Shown here: positions 1 to 11,279 of the stretch, in pieces | How the letters are laid out: each line of letters begins with the position of its first letter | How positions within the stretch are numbered: the first letter of the stretch is position 1 | NCBI GenBank assembly: GCA_963700635.1 | Contig: CAVOYH010000003.1 | Span: 1 to 64,000 of the forward strand | Reading direction: 5' to 3' | Source: an uncultured Bacteroidota bacterium | GTDB lineage: Bacteria > Bacteroidota > Ignavibacteria > UBA10030 > UBA6906 | DNA length: 64,000 bases | Notes under the pieces: generated by a model | The model's input: the letters and a program-made list of their open reading frames with translations, nothing else | The model's database searches: none | Told to the model about the DNA's origin: nothing | Program-made: the position numbers and the translations under genes

Positions 1-1009
1 CCGATTCTAGTAATGATGCTCCGCCAGGCGGCCCTGCTGCTGCTGGCGCACCCGGAGCAGCCGTCGTCGATGCTCGACATCAGCACGCTGTTCATCGACG
101 ACGCCGTTCGCGACCACCTGGTCAAGGGCGTCGAGGACCCGATCCTCTCAGAGTTCTGGCTGGGTGAGATGAAGATGGCGCGCTCGCAGGAGTGGCAGGA
201 GGTCGTCTCGTGGTTCCGATCGAAGTTCGAGATCTTCCGAACGTCGAAGCTCGTGCGCAACGTCGTCGGCCAGGCCGAGTCGACGATCTCGTTCTCCGAC
301 GTCCTCAACGAGCGCCGCATCCTCCTGGTCAACCTCTCGAAGGGACTGCTCGGTGAGTACAACAGCTCGCTGATCGGCCACATCGTCTTCACGCGCCTCT
401 GGTCGGCGGCACTCGAACGGGCGTCGGTCCCGACGTCGGCAGCGTCCCGACTTCTTCGTCTACGTCGACGAGTTCCAGAACATGACGAGCGACTCGCTGC
501 CCGACGTGCTCTCCGAGGCACGGAAGTTCCGCCTGCGGGATGACGCTCGCCAACCAGTTCTTCAGCCAGGTTCCCGAACGGACGCGCGACGCGATCATGG
601 GCAACGTCGGCAACCGGGTCACGTTCCGGCTCGGCCCCAAGGATGCCGGCCCTTCGCCACATGGCTCGGCCGAGAGGTCCAGGCCGACGACCTCGTCGGT
701 CTGCCGAACTACATCGCGATCGCGTCGCTCAGCGACGACGGCGTGCCGCTCGACCCGATGGTGCTTCGGACCGACCCGCCGACCGACGACGACGACCCGT
801 CGTGAGCGACCGCCGCTCGGACGTGTCGTCCGTCACCTGGGCCCGCCCGGTCGACGAGGTGGGCATGGCGCTTCTTCGCCCGCTGGCGGCACGTCCCGGG
901 CTCGGTCGCGTCCCAGATCGCCCGGAAGGTGCCCCCGCCACCCGAGGGCGGATCGTTCTTGGACGAGTGGCTCGCCCGCCGTGCCGCCGTGCTCGGCGAC
1001 GACGCCTGA
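1..1009 (+). CDS. VirD4/TraD/TraG-like type IV coupling ATPase, C-terminal part (5' truncated, frameshifted)
   Basis: Pieced across frames: RRILLVNLSKGLLGE, Walker B FFVYVDEFQN, DVLSEARKFRL, MTLANQFFSQ, DAIMGNVGNRVTFRLG. The tail ends SFLDEWLARRAAVLGDDA* (TGA 1007-1009). Confidence 0.8.
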
Positions 1010-1029
1010 TCGGTGCGGCTGGTGGACCG

Positions 1030-3100
1030 ATGACCATCACGCTCGACCACGACCTGCTGGCACGACTCGGCCTCGGCGAACTCAGCACCGCCGCCGGCAC
1101 CGAGGCGCTCGCGCTGATGCACGAGCGGCTCCAGACCCGGGTCGGCATCCGCATCGTGGACCGTCTGTCCGAGGCCCAGATGGCCGAGTTCGAAGCGGCG
1201 ATCGATGCCGGTGAGGCCGAGGCGTCCCGATGGCTGGACGTACACGTCGCGGACCACGTGGAGGTGGTGCGTGACGAGTTCCAGCCGTTGTGCGCCGAAG
1301 TGACGGACGCAGCACCGGCGATGCTCGCGGAGCTGTCCCGTCCGCCGGAGTCGGGTGACCCGCGGGCCCCCGCGCCCTCCGAGCCGGGGCCGACGCTCGT
1401 CGGCTCGGAGGACGAGCCCTGCCTGGTGGTCTCGCCGTCGGCCGGGACCGTCGTCGGCGTGAACGCCGGCCGCGACGAACTGTGGGCTCGGAGCGGCGAC
1501 CTGCCGCCCGTCGTGCTCCGGCTTCCCGTCGGCCACCGTGTCGACGTGACGATGCTCTGGTGCGGCGACGGGGGAGAGGTGCGCTCGCGGTCCGAGGAGG
1601 TCGACCACCGGTGGCAGGTGCCCTGGTCGGGCCCGGGTCCCCCGTGGTCGAACCCGAGGAGTGCAGCCTGCTCCAGCGGGCGCCGCTGGCGTGGACCGAT
1701 GTCCGGCTCGCCGGCGGCGGCCTTCGCCGAGTTCACCGAGGGCCCCTGGCACGTCGAGGACGGTCAGTACATCAAGGTGACGAACACCGTCAGCGAGCGG
1801 CGACTGTGGCTGGAGCAGCTGCACGACGGGCCGCACGCCAACGCCGTGCGGCCGCATTTCACCCCCGATGGCCGGCAGCTGGTTGCTGTGTTCAACGCTC
1901 GGGATGCAGCCGCGGCTAGCGGTCTGTCCGTGCTCGGTCGAGTATCTCGGTGTCGTCGAGCTGCCGCCGCCCCACGACGACGAGACCGACGAACCCGCCT
2001 GGGTGCCGTGGGAGCACTCGGTGAAGCCGAGCGCCGACGCCGAGACCGGTGACGATCCGTCGGTTCGCGGCGACGATCGCTTCCTCGACGACCTCGGCGC
2101 GACGACCCGTCGGTTACCCGGGCTGCCGTCACCGACGGGTCGCTGTGCACGTGCTGCGCACGTCGGACTGGTCGAGCGTTGGGGTGATCCGGCGACCGGA
2201 CCGCTGGCACTGACCGTCCGGGTGGGCTGATCCCCGGCGACGATGCGCCGCTCGTCGGCTGGGCGGGCCAGTCGGTGGTCGCAGCGGCGGGCGACGGGAC
2301 GGTCTGGTGGCTGAACCCACGAGCCTCGGCCGACCCGCAGCAGGTCGCCAGCTTCGAGCTCGACGACCTTCGGTCGCGGCGGTCGGGCTCGGCGACCGAG
2401 TCGTGCTGGCCCATGCGGACCGCAGGCTCGTCACCGTCGACGACGCCGGCGCGGTCTCCGTCCAGGAGCTGGCGGGCGCCGAGCCGCTGACCGCGGGCAG
2501 ACGCGACCACCGACGGACGGTTGCTCGTCGCGCAACGTGGACCCGGACTGGGAGCTTCTGGGCGGGCACGGTCCTGCACGCGGAGGTCGGGGTTCCTGGT
2601 GCCGGAATCGAACTGGGTGGCGGCGTGTGTCCGGATGTCGGAGTGGTCGCTGCTGTGGCTCGCCGACGGCTCGATCGCATCGGCGTGGTCCACCGGTCGG
2701 CGGATCCGGGTGATGGTTGACTGCCCCACCAGCGGGTCGAGGGCTTCACACCGACGGCGAACACAGCGCTCATGGTCGACGTCGACGAATGGTTCCTGGT
2801 GCAGGAGCGCACCTCGGAGAGGGGTGCGGCCGAGACCGTCGTCGCCGACCGCCGGATGGGTCGACGTCGCTGCGCACTGCTTGACCTTCGTGCCATCGGC
2901 AGGTCTGGTGGTCGCCGGTACTCAGCAGGGCCTGGACTTCATCTCGAGGTCGCTCTCCTGCCAAGGCCGCGACCGGTCGACCTCGGGGCGCCGGTCGGGT
3001 CGATCGCTGCGGGCGATTGTCCGCCTTGCTGGTCGTGGGAACGCCGGGCGCGATGTGGACGGTTCGCCTGCTGGGCATGAGATCGGCCGGTCGGAAGGGT
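1030..3100 (+). CDS. DUF5663-like N-terminal domain fused to a probable beta-propeller (frameshifted; end approximate)
   Basis: The N-terminus MTITLDHDLLARLGLGEL...LQTRVGIRIVDRLSEAQMAEFE...RWL...DHVEVVRDEF resembles DUF5663. Downstream are blade-like pieces (FTPDGRQLVAV, VVAAAGDGTVWWL, AGLVVAGTQQGL, DLGAPVGSIAA..LVVGTPGAMWTVRL). Confidence 0.5.
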
Positions 3101-3122
3101 TCGACCGACACAGGCCACGGCC

Positions 3123-3602
3123 TCAGCGCTGCCCTGCCACGAGGTCAGCGACGCAGGTGTGGATCACGTCCTGGAGCGCTCCGGCTGCGTGGCCCGCCAG
3201 GCCCATCGCGTGGGTGGGGACCGGTGCGTGCTTCCCGTACTGCACGCGGACGAGCCGATCAGCATGTTCGTCGAGGTGCTCGACCATCGCCGTGATCGCT
3301 TCCTCCACAGGGGCCAACGAAGGCGCCCGCTGGATCCATTCGGTCGTGAGGTGGTCTTCGACGAACCTCTCGAGGTGCTGGAGGAGGCCGGCTCGGATCT
3401 CGTGCTTGAGAGCGAAGGCGACGAACACGCCGTTCCCGCTGGCCTGTCCGGCGGTCAGACCGCCGTCGAGCTGATCGCGGGCGCTCCACAACAACCGTGC
3501 GGTTCGGCTCGCCTCCCCGAAGGAGGACTCGAACCACTCGACCAGAGCCTCCCTCTCGCCTTCGGGCTCGACTGATGTCGCCGTCACTGGGGTCTCCTGC
3601 AT
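3123..3602 (-). CDS. hypothetical helical protein
   Basis: Uninterrupted ORF with protein-like composition (MQETPVTATS...ADLVAGQR). No motif recognised. Confidence 0.5.
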   Translation of the reverse strand: MQETPVTATSVEPEGEREALVEWFESSFGEASRTARLLWSARDQLDGGLTAGQASGNGVFVAFALKHEIRAGLLQHLERFVEDHLTTEWIQRAPSLAPVEEAITAMVEHLDEHADRLVRVQYGKHAPVPTHAMGLAGHAAGALQDVIHTCVADLVAGQR

Positions 3603-3776
3603 CTGCCCGTCCGCTTCCAGCGGAGCATCCTTGGCCGCCTCTGCTGAGCCGCTCGTTCCATTGAAGACGGTGCGGGCGTTCACTGACAGGACCTGGAACG
3701 CGGCTGGGCCGTGGGTCTCCTGGGAGCGGGTCGCCGGAGGACTGGTGACGTGCATGCCGACGGCTGGGACTGCATC

Positions 3777-4184
3777 ATGACAGCGCTGGCCGACCCCGCC
3801 GTGTGCCAGACTGCTGGTCATGTCCGGGGCAGTCAGGATCAATTCTTCCGTCAGATATCGCTGAGGAGTTCATCTCCGGAGGAGACGTCGTGCCGTCGGT
3901 CATGACCCGCAGCATGAGCGATGTGGTCCAAGCGGTCGTCGACATCTCCAACGCCGGTGGCAGCATGGTCACCGTTGCCGCGATGGCCGCCGCCCTGCCG
4001 AAGGTGATGCGCCGTGTCGGCGCTCATGCGCGTACGCCGGCAGCCCGAGGGCCCGGCTCGCGTCGTCTCGCCTGCCGAACGGCCGGGACCTGGTGATCGA
4101 CGTCCCGCCGGAACTGTCGATCGACGACGTCGGCTCTCTCTGGCTCGCTCGTTCGCTGACGTGTCGAACGGTCCGCCGAGCTGA
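3777..4184 (+). CDS. small protein upstream of the CHAT protease (possible EACC1-like partner or substrate; frameshifted)
   Basis: Reconstructed LPSDIAEEFISGGDVVPSVMTRSMSDVVQAVVDISNAGGSMVTVAAMAAALPKVMRRV...LPNGRDLVIDVPPEL. Has a hydrophobic helical hairpin. Confidence 0.4.
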
Positions 4185-4212
4185 CGCGCCGGTGAGCGGC
4201 CGACTTCTGACG

Positions 4213-7200
4213 ATGTCGAGGGAGCGGAGGATCAGGCGGTGGGTCCGTGGTTCGATCGCCGCAGTCCTCGTTCTGTCCGGGCTCATCTGGCTCGAACCTG
4301 ACCAGTCGGCCTGCCTGCTGCTCCTGGTGGTCGTCACACTCACGGCTCTGAGGCTCGCAGCGCCACGCGGGTGGGACCTCCAGGCCAAGCGAGCGATGTC
4401 CGCCGTCGTTGCACTGCTCTGTGGTCGCCACCATCGCGAACAGCGTGCTGCCGTGGTGGCTTCCCGCGGTCACGGTGCTGTTGCTCGCTCCGCTTCCGTT
4501 CCTCGTGGGCATCACGGAGGACTTCCTCCACGACGAGAAGCCATCGGACCGGGCCCCATCGGGTGGGTGGTCTGGGCGAAGCTCCGTCGCCTTCTCCGGG
4601 TGAGCGCTGTGCTCCTTGCGTGGCTCATCACGTGGCGTGAGTCCGGCGACCTCGTTGCGGCTCTCGGTGCTGGCACCGGCCGCCGTCGCGACTGCGGCAC
4701 GCTGGCCATCGATCTCGTGTCGCGATGGTACGTGGTCTCGACACCGCTGGTCGGTGGCACCTCGGGATGGTGGGCGATCGGCATGATCTCCCTCGTCGTG
4801 GCGCTGAGCCACCGACGAATACGGCCTCCTCGTCGCTCGGTGGGCCTGCCCCTGGGTGCAGCAGTCGCCCGACACCCGGTTCTCCGACTGCGAATCGGGG
4901 TATCGATCGCAGGTTGCGCCACAGTGATTGGGAGGGCGCGGAACAGCGTTGCGCGCCGTCCTTTCGTGCTCCCGGCCCCGGAACCACGAGCGTCGGACTG
5001 CGGCTCGCCCGGGTGTGCCTCGAACGGAACGATCTCCAGGGCTCGCTCGACGCATTGGCCACGGCGTGGGTCGAGGATGACCTTCCGGTCCGCGGCAGCC
5101 GGTCCGGCGCCTCCAAGGGGAGGTCCTGACGCGGACGGCCCAGCCGGATGCTGCGCTGGGCGTGCTTCTCTCCGAGGCCCGGGCTCTCCTGCCGGGCGAC
5201 CCCGACCACGCTGCGCGGGTCGCCCTTGCCGCTGCCGAGGCGCTCGTCCACGTGGGACGCTTCGAGGAGGCTGCTCACCAGGCAGCGCTGGCTGCCGAGT
5301 GGTTCCACCACCGTCGCGACCTCGTCGAACGGTTCAGGTCCGCACGTCTGCTGGCATCGTGTTCTGGCAGCTCGACCAGCTCGACCGAGCTGTGGAAGTG
5401 ATTGACGAGTCGCTCGCGATCGTCATGTCCGTCCGTTGGCTGCGCCAGTACTTCAACATTACCGGCATCGGACGAGGTGACGAAGAACTGGTGTTCAGCG
5501 GTGAATCCGTGCTCCTCGTCGAGTGGACTCGCCGGCAGGTCCTCGAGCTGCAGATTCGGCTCGATCCGCGATTCGGGTCAGCGAGGTCGACGAGGTGCGG
5601 GACGACGAGGGCCGTCCACGACCTCGAGATGTACGGCGTCATGCTCGACATGGGCGGAGCAGGCCTCGAGCGTCGCCGATGTGGATCTGTTGACGGCCCA
5701 GGTGCTCGTGTTCGACCGGTCGCCCGAAGGAGGCGCTGACCGCCATGCTCGGGGCAGTGGCCGAACTCGATGGGATCCGCCACGGATTGCGTGCGCAGAC
5801 GGATCGGTCAGCGTGGTCCGCTACCTTCAACCGGGCGCTGGTTATGGCGCTCGAGTACGCGGTGGCCAGTCATGACGACGTCCGTGTCGCCGAGCTGATC
5901 GAGCTCGCTCGTGTCCAGGCGTACCCGCTTCTCGGGACCGGGCAGGGGCAGGAGGAGGTCGTGCTCAAGCCCCTCCGACGGTCCGCGTGCGAGGCCGGGC
6001 GAGCGTGGCGCGGCGCGGCGACGTGTCGACGAGCGGCCGCTGGGTTCGGCCGGTCGATCTCGAGCAGGCCGCTGCCGAGGCTGTTGGTCCGGGCGCATGG
6101 TGGCTGTCGTTCTGGCACGACGGCTCGACGTTGACGTGGGCGCTCGTTCCGCCTTCGGGTGACGTCCAGCACGGCCGTGTTCGAGGGAGCCGCTATGTCG
6201 AGCTGAGGCAAGCGTTGGCCGAGCTCGACCAGAACCTTCCGATCGCTTCGTGGTGAGAGCGACGCCGATGTCGATCTGAGACTCTTCGGAGCTGCGTATC
6301 GTCGTGCTCCCGACGCCGAAGCCCGTCTCTCGGCGGCGCTCGGCGATCTGTTGCTCCCGGAGCGTCTGCGCAGGGAGCTAACGGCGAGTCGGCCGGTTGA
6401 CCGCCCACCACTGCGGTTGGCGTCGGCTCCCGACCCGCTGCTGGCTCATGTCCCCTGGGCACTCCTCGTCGTCGCTGGCGTGACACCCGTCAGCGCCAGC
6501 GCAGTGCGATTGGTCGAGGTCGCCACCTGGGCGCTGGCTCCGTCCGCGACCCTCCTGGTGCACGCTGCGGACCGTGGCTCCGCCGCAACGAGTGGTGCGC
6601 CGCTCCGGTTGGCGGTGCTGGATCCGGCTGATGTTCCCGAACTGCCAGCGGCTCGTTCGCTCGCCGCACACCTCGATGGGGTTCGGGTACTTGGAGGCCG
6701 CCACTGGATGGCAGACCCGGCGACTCCGGCCGCTGTGTTCGATGCGCTGGCATCTGCCGGTCCGGACAGCACTGTCCTGTTCGGCTGCCACGCCGTCCGA
6801 GGTGATGACCGTCGGCCCTCCAGCAGCGTGCTGTTCTCGCCGTCTTCGACCCCACGGAGAGCGCAGAGCTCCTCACGGCAGCGGCGCTCTTCGACAGTCC
6901 GGTCCCGCGGGAGCAGTTCCCGGCGCAGGTATCGCTCCAGGCGTGCGATACCTCCGACCTGTCGTCGGCGGCGAGCGGTGAGTGGCTCACGTTGGCCCCG
7001 GCATTCCTGGCCGCCGGCGCACGAACCGTCGGCACGCACCCAGTTCCCCCTCGCCGACGTGATGAGTGGGGATGGGCCGGGCCGATTGGTCGACCAGCTC
7101 CGCGTCGGCGCGGATCTGGCCGAGGCGATTCGTCGGGAACAGCTCGATGGATTGGCCCGATGGCGATCCCATGACGGTTCGGCGCTGCCGCCGCTCGAGG

Positions 7201-7800
7201 ACTCGCCGCTGTCATGGGCCGCCCATGCGGTGTGCTCCACCGGCCGCGGCGCCGGCCCGGTGGCGGCGCTCGAACCGCTTCGCATCTCGACCCCTCTGCG
7301 GTTCGGGCGCTCGTGGCGGCTGCAGAGAGTGCGCTCGGCGGTCCCGACCGCACCGTGACGACCGCCCACCTGCTCAGCGAGTACATCGAACTCGACACCG
7401 AGCTCCTCGCGGGGGCCTGCTCCACGAGTTGTCGCGCTCGGTGATGCTCGAGTACCTGCCGAGGGTCCTGCGAGCGAATCGTGCGCCTGGACCGGACACG
7501 GGGGTTCGTCCCAGCGCCGAACTGCTCGAGGCTGTCCGGCGCGGTGGGCGTCACGCAGCGGCGGGGACGGGCTGGCTGCAGGCCGAACACATCGTCCAAG
7601 CGGTTCTCGACGGTCCATCGACTCCCGGACGGCGATTGCTCGGCGCACTGCGCGTCCGACGACGAGGAGCGCTCCTCCAGGTGCTCCGACGCAGCCTGCG
7701 GGAGGCACAACTCCAGACTCCATCGGAAGGCGGACGTGTGCCGACGGAGCTGCGAGCCTTCCTCGACGAGGTCGCCCAGCGGCACGGAGCGACGTCATGA
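4213..7800 (+). CDS. membrane-anchored TPR-CHAT (caspase-like) protease with C-terminal Clp-N-like repeats (frameshifted)
   Basis: Hydrophobic N-terminus at ~4213-4900 and TPR-like helices. CHAT motifs: LAELIELARVQ, APDPLLAHVPWALL, FGCHA (catalytic His), SLQACDTS (catalytic Cys), EWLTLAPAFLAAGARTV, PLSWAAH. C-terminal VTTAHLL and LQAEHIVQAVL repeats. Confidence 0.75.
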
Positions 7801-7984
7801 GCTTCGAGGAAGGGAGACCCGAGAGTCCGGGGGCGCCCGGTCCGCTGCCGCAGTGAGTCTGCGACAGCTCACCACAGCGCGAAATTCGGCAAGGTCCGCG
7901 CTCCCGGTTCTCGCTAACGTCTCCTTCTGCGGGAGCTTCCCGTGAGCGATCGAAGGAGTTGCGCCATGCGGTCTCGAAGGCAAT

Positions 7985-8043
7985 AGGACCGACAGAACGA
8001 GTAGGCCACACCCCGTGGCCCCGGTCGGTCCTCCGCCAGGAGG
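7985..8043 (+). promoter_or_regulatory. candidate structured 5' leader (nested stem-loops)
   Basis: aggaccgac (7985-7993) pairs with gtcggtcct (8024-8032). Inner stem ggccac/gtggcc (8004-8020). Competing hairpin cctcc/ggagg (8030-8043). Confidence 0.3.
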
Positions 8044-8082
8044 CCCGCCGTCGTGCGCAATCACGATCAGAAGAACAGGGAC

Positions 8083-8833
8083 ATGGCCCGGTCGATCCTG
8101 CCGTCGACCGCTCGCCACCGTGCCCGTGCCCGCAAGAAGGGTTCGGCGCGTCCGCGCCCGTGCCCGCCACCACGCCCGCATGGTGCGGCTCATGGAGCAC
8201 ATCGATGACCTGGACGGCTTCGAGGAGCAGCTCGACAGCTACGACCTCGACGACGTCGGATGGGACGGCACGGTCAGCGATCGTCGGGACGTCGGACAAG
8301 GTCGCCCCGATCATCCGCTGGGCCGAGGTCCGGATCGAGCGGACGCCTCGCCTGCACGACGGCGACTACTGGACGCGCCGCCACCATTTCGCCGGACTGC
8401 TCGGCGACACGGTGATGGGCCGGCACGCCCTCCAGCACCTGGACCACCTCTTCGGCGAGGAGAACCCGTGGGCGTACTGGGGCTACCCCGGTCGCCCGAC
8501 GTGGGAGGAGGGGAGCGTGCTCGCCGCGAGTCGGTCCGCGCGGAGCACCGGCGCCGCCGGCGTCTGCTGCTCGAGGTGCTCGCCGGGGCCGATTCTCACC
8601 GCCTGAACGCTCGGATCCGGGCGCTCACCCCTCCGCTCGAGCAGCGGAGGATCCGCGACGCCGACGGCGAGCCGCACCTTGTGTGGGTCGCCGTCCAGCC
8701 GTGGATGTACGACGGCGACTCCGAGCGCTGCCTCGCCGTCGGTCGTTCTGGGGTGACGACGGCCCAGGTGGTCGCGTTCGATGCGCTGGTCGAGGTCCAC
8801 GCCGAGATGTTCCCGGTCGGTGCTGCCCGTTGA
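8083..8833 (+). CDS. hypothetical protein with Arg-rich N-terminus (frameshifted)
   Basis: MARSILPSTARHRARARKK...SDKVAPIIRWAEVRIERTPRL...LLGDTVMGRHALQHL...EVHAEMFPVGAAR*, with an upstream AGGGA RBS-like sequence. Confidence 0.5.
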
Positions 8834-8959
8834 ACGCCTCGGAAGACCCGCGTAGGTTCACGCCACCCTGCGGGAAGGGGAGAAGCTTGATGGGTGATGT
8901 CGCCGAGGACGAGGTCCGGGTGGGCGTCGGTCGACGCTTCCTGACGTCGAGCGACCGGC

Positions 8960-9677
8960 ATGGTTGAGCTGCACTTGGTGATCCACATGAAGGGCGCCCA
9001 GCACGCTGTCCGAGCAGTGCGGCGTCGCCGTCGACGCGGGTGTCCGCTCGGTGTTCCTGATCGACCACTTCGGCGGCGGCGTCGATCTGCTCTGGGAGGC
9101 GGTGTCGGCCGTCCGGGCGGCTCACCCGGGGCTACGGGTCGGGGTGAACCACCTCGGTGGCGGGACACCGTCCGCGGTGATGCAGGCCATCGACGCAGCG
9201 GTGGTGGCCGGAGCGCTCGAGCGGGCGCCGGACTCTCTGTGGTGTGACCATTCGTGTGGCAGCGCAACGGGACTGCAGCGAGCGTGTGACGCGGCGTCGA
9301 TCAAGACGTCCCGGCGATCGCTGGACCCCATGACCTACTTCGGTGGTGTCGCGTTCAAGTACACCTCGACCTACACGGACGACCCGGCCGCCGCGGCCGA
9401 CGAGGCCTCCGAGCTCGCCCCATTCGTCGATGTCGTGACGACCTCGGGAGCGGGGACGAACCAGGCGGCGTCGGCGGCGAAGGTGGAAGCGATGCACGCC
9501 GTGCTCCCCGGGCGGCGTCTTGCACTGGCCAGCGGCGTGTCGCCGGAGAACCTCATGGACTACGCACCGTTCGTCACCGATGTCCTGGTCGCTTCGAGTG
9601 TCGAGACCGCGAGCTACTCGGGTGAGCTCGTCCCCGAGCGGGTCCACGCACTGGTCGCCGCGGCGGCTTCGCAGTGA
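8960..9677 (+). CDS. BtpA/SgcQ-family TIM-barrel protein (one frameshift)
   Basis: LVIH, FLIDH, RVGVNHL, YFGGVAFKY, VDVVTTSGAGT, LALASGVSPEN, DVLVASS. Confidence 0.7.
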
Positions 9678-9869
9678 AGCTCCGACATGTGAGCCAGTCC
9701 CGTCTTTGGAGGTATCTGCGACCGTGCCGCACCCGTTCCGTCCGTGACGCCCTCTCCTGACCAGAACAGCTTCCTGCACGAGGTCACTGCAATCGTTGAC
9801 GCAGTCGCAGATGATCTTGGCATCGGGCTGCTGTGATGGGGGCAAGGCAGAGTCAGGGAGGAGATCCGA

Positions 9870-10415
9870 ATGGCTGCGATTGAGGTGCTGATTCTGGCCG
9901 GTACAGCGGAATCCCGGTTGATGGGCGAGAGGATCGAGGCAGCGATCGCTCGCTGCGAACGTCTGAACAGGATTCCGTACTCGGACTCGAACGCGATTCG
10001 AGCGGCGTGGTCCGAGCTCACCGGTCAGGTCGTCGACGAGAGCTTCCGTCTCGTCCCGCCGATCCGCGTCGATCATGGGGTGAACCTCCGCGTCGGGCGC
10101 AAGGTGTTCATCAACCACAACTGCACGGTGAGCGACATCGGTGGAGTCGAGATCGGCGACGAGGTCCTGATCGCTCCCAACGTGAGCCTGCTCTCCTCGG
10201 GGCACCCGTTGGAGCCGTTCGAGCGAATTCGTCGGGTCACCGCAGCGCCCATCGTCATCGGCCGCAACGTGTGGATCGGCGCGGGGTCGACGGTGCTGCA
10301 GGGAGTCACGATCGGCACCGACTCGGTGGTTGCTGCCGGTTCGGTCGTGACCGGGGACGTACCGCCCGCAACCCTCGTCGGCGGGGTTCCTGCCCGGGTG
10401 ATCCGCGAGCTGTGA
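9870..10415 (+). CDS. sugar O-acetyltransferase (maltose/galactoside type, hexapeptide repeats)
   Basis: PPIRVDHGVNLRVGRKVFINHNCT, PIVIGRNVWIGAGSTVLQGVTIG, GGVPARVIR. Confidence 0.9.
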   Translation: MAAIEVLILAGTAESRLMGERIEAAIARCERLNRIPYSDSNAIRAAWSELTGQVVDESFRLVPPIRVDHGVNLRVGRKVFINHNCTVSDIGGVEIGDEVLIAPNVSLLSSGHPLEPFERIRRVTAAPIVIGRNVWIGAGSTVLQGVTIGTDSVVAAGSVVTGDVPPATLVGGVPARVIREL

Positions 10416-10464
10416 TGGCCGCCAAGTGCCGGTCGATTCGCCAGATCGAGATCGGGGTCGACGC

Positions 10465-11263
10465 ATGCTCGTGAGCGTGGTGAGCGATGTCCACGGGAAC
10501 GTCGAGGATCTCGTCCGGGTCGCTGACCGGGCGGAGTTCCTCATCGTTCTCGGCGACCTCCTCGAGTACGTCGACTACCACGTCCCGGAGGCTGGGATCC
10601 TGGGTGCGGTGTTCGGGGCGGACGCGGTCGCGGCAGTTCGACGTCCCTGCGTCGAGATGGGCGCTTCGACGAGATGCACGCACTCGAGCACGATCTGTGG
10701 AGGGGGCTGCCTGATCCGGCGGCCACCCTCGACGCCGTGGTCCGATCTCAGTACGGCGAGATCATCGACTGTCTCGGCCCGGCGCACGTTGGTGACGCTC
10801 GGCAACGTCGATGCGCCCTCCGTATGGGACTCGATGGCGCCGGCCCACCTGCGAGTTCGCGACGGCGAGGTCGTCGACCTCGACGGGTTGCGATTCGGGT
10901 TCGTCGCCGGCGGTTCGCTCAAGCAGCCCGTTGCCGGTGACCCCTGGGCCTATTTCGAGCGCGCGCATGACGCCTACCGGTCCCTCGTCGCCGACGTGGG
11001 TCAGGTCGACGTCCTCTGCACTCACGTGCCCCCTGACATCGAGGACCTGCGGTACGACGTCGTCGCCCAGCGCAAGGAGATGTACGGCCCGGGGACTCCT
11101 GGAGTCGATCGACCGTCATCGCCCGGCGCTCTCGATCTTCGGCCACGTCCACCACCCTCGTGCGGCTGAAGTGACACGTGGCGGGACCCGGTGCGTGAAC
11201 GTCGGGTTCTTCAAGCGGAACGGAGACGCGTTCGTGTTCGACACGGACACCCTCCGCCCCTGA
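10465..11263 (+). CDS. Icc-like metallophosphoesterase (frameshifted)
   Basis: VSDVHGN, LGDLLEY, TLGNVD, VLCTHVPP, FGHVH motifs. Confidence 0.85.
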
Positions 11264-11279
11264 ACCCGGGGGTGGCCCG

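Noticed and set aside
6446-8314. Long antisense ORFs (e.g. 622 aa and 470 aa) in the GC-rich half
   Set aside because: They are Arg/Pro/Ala-rich shadow frames opposite motif-bearing genes, as expected at high GC.
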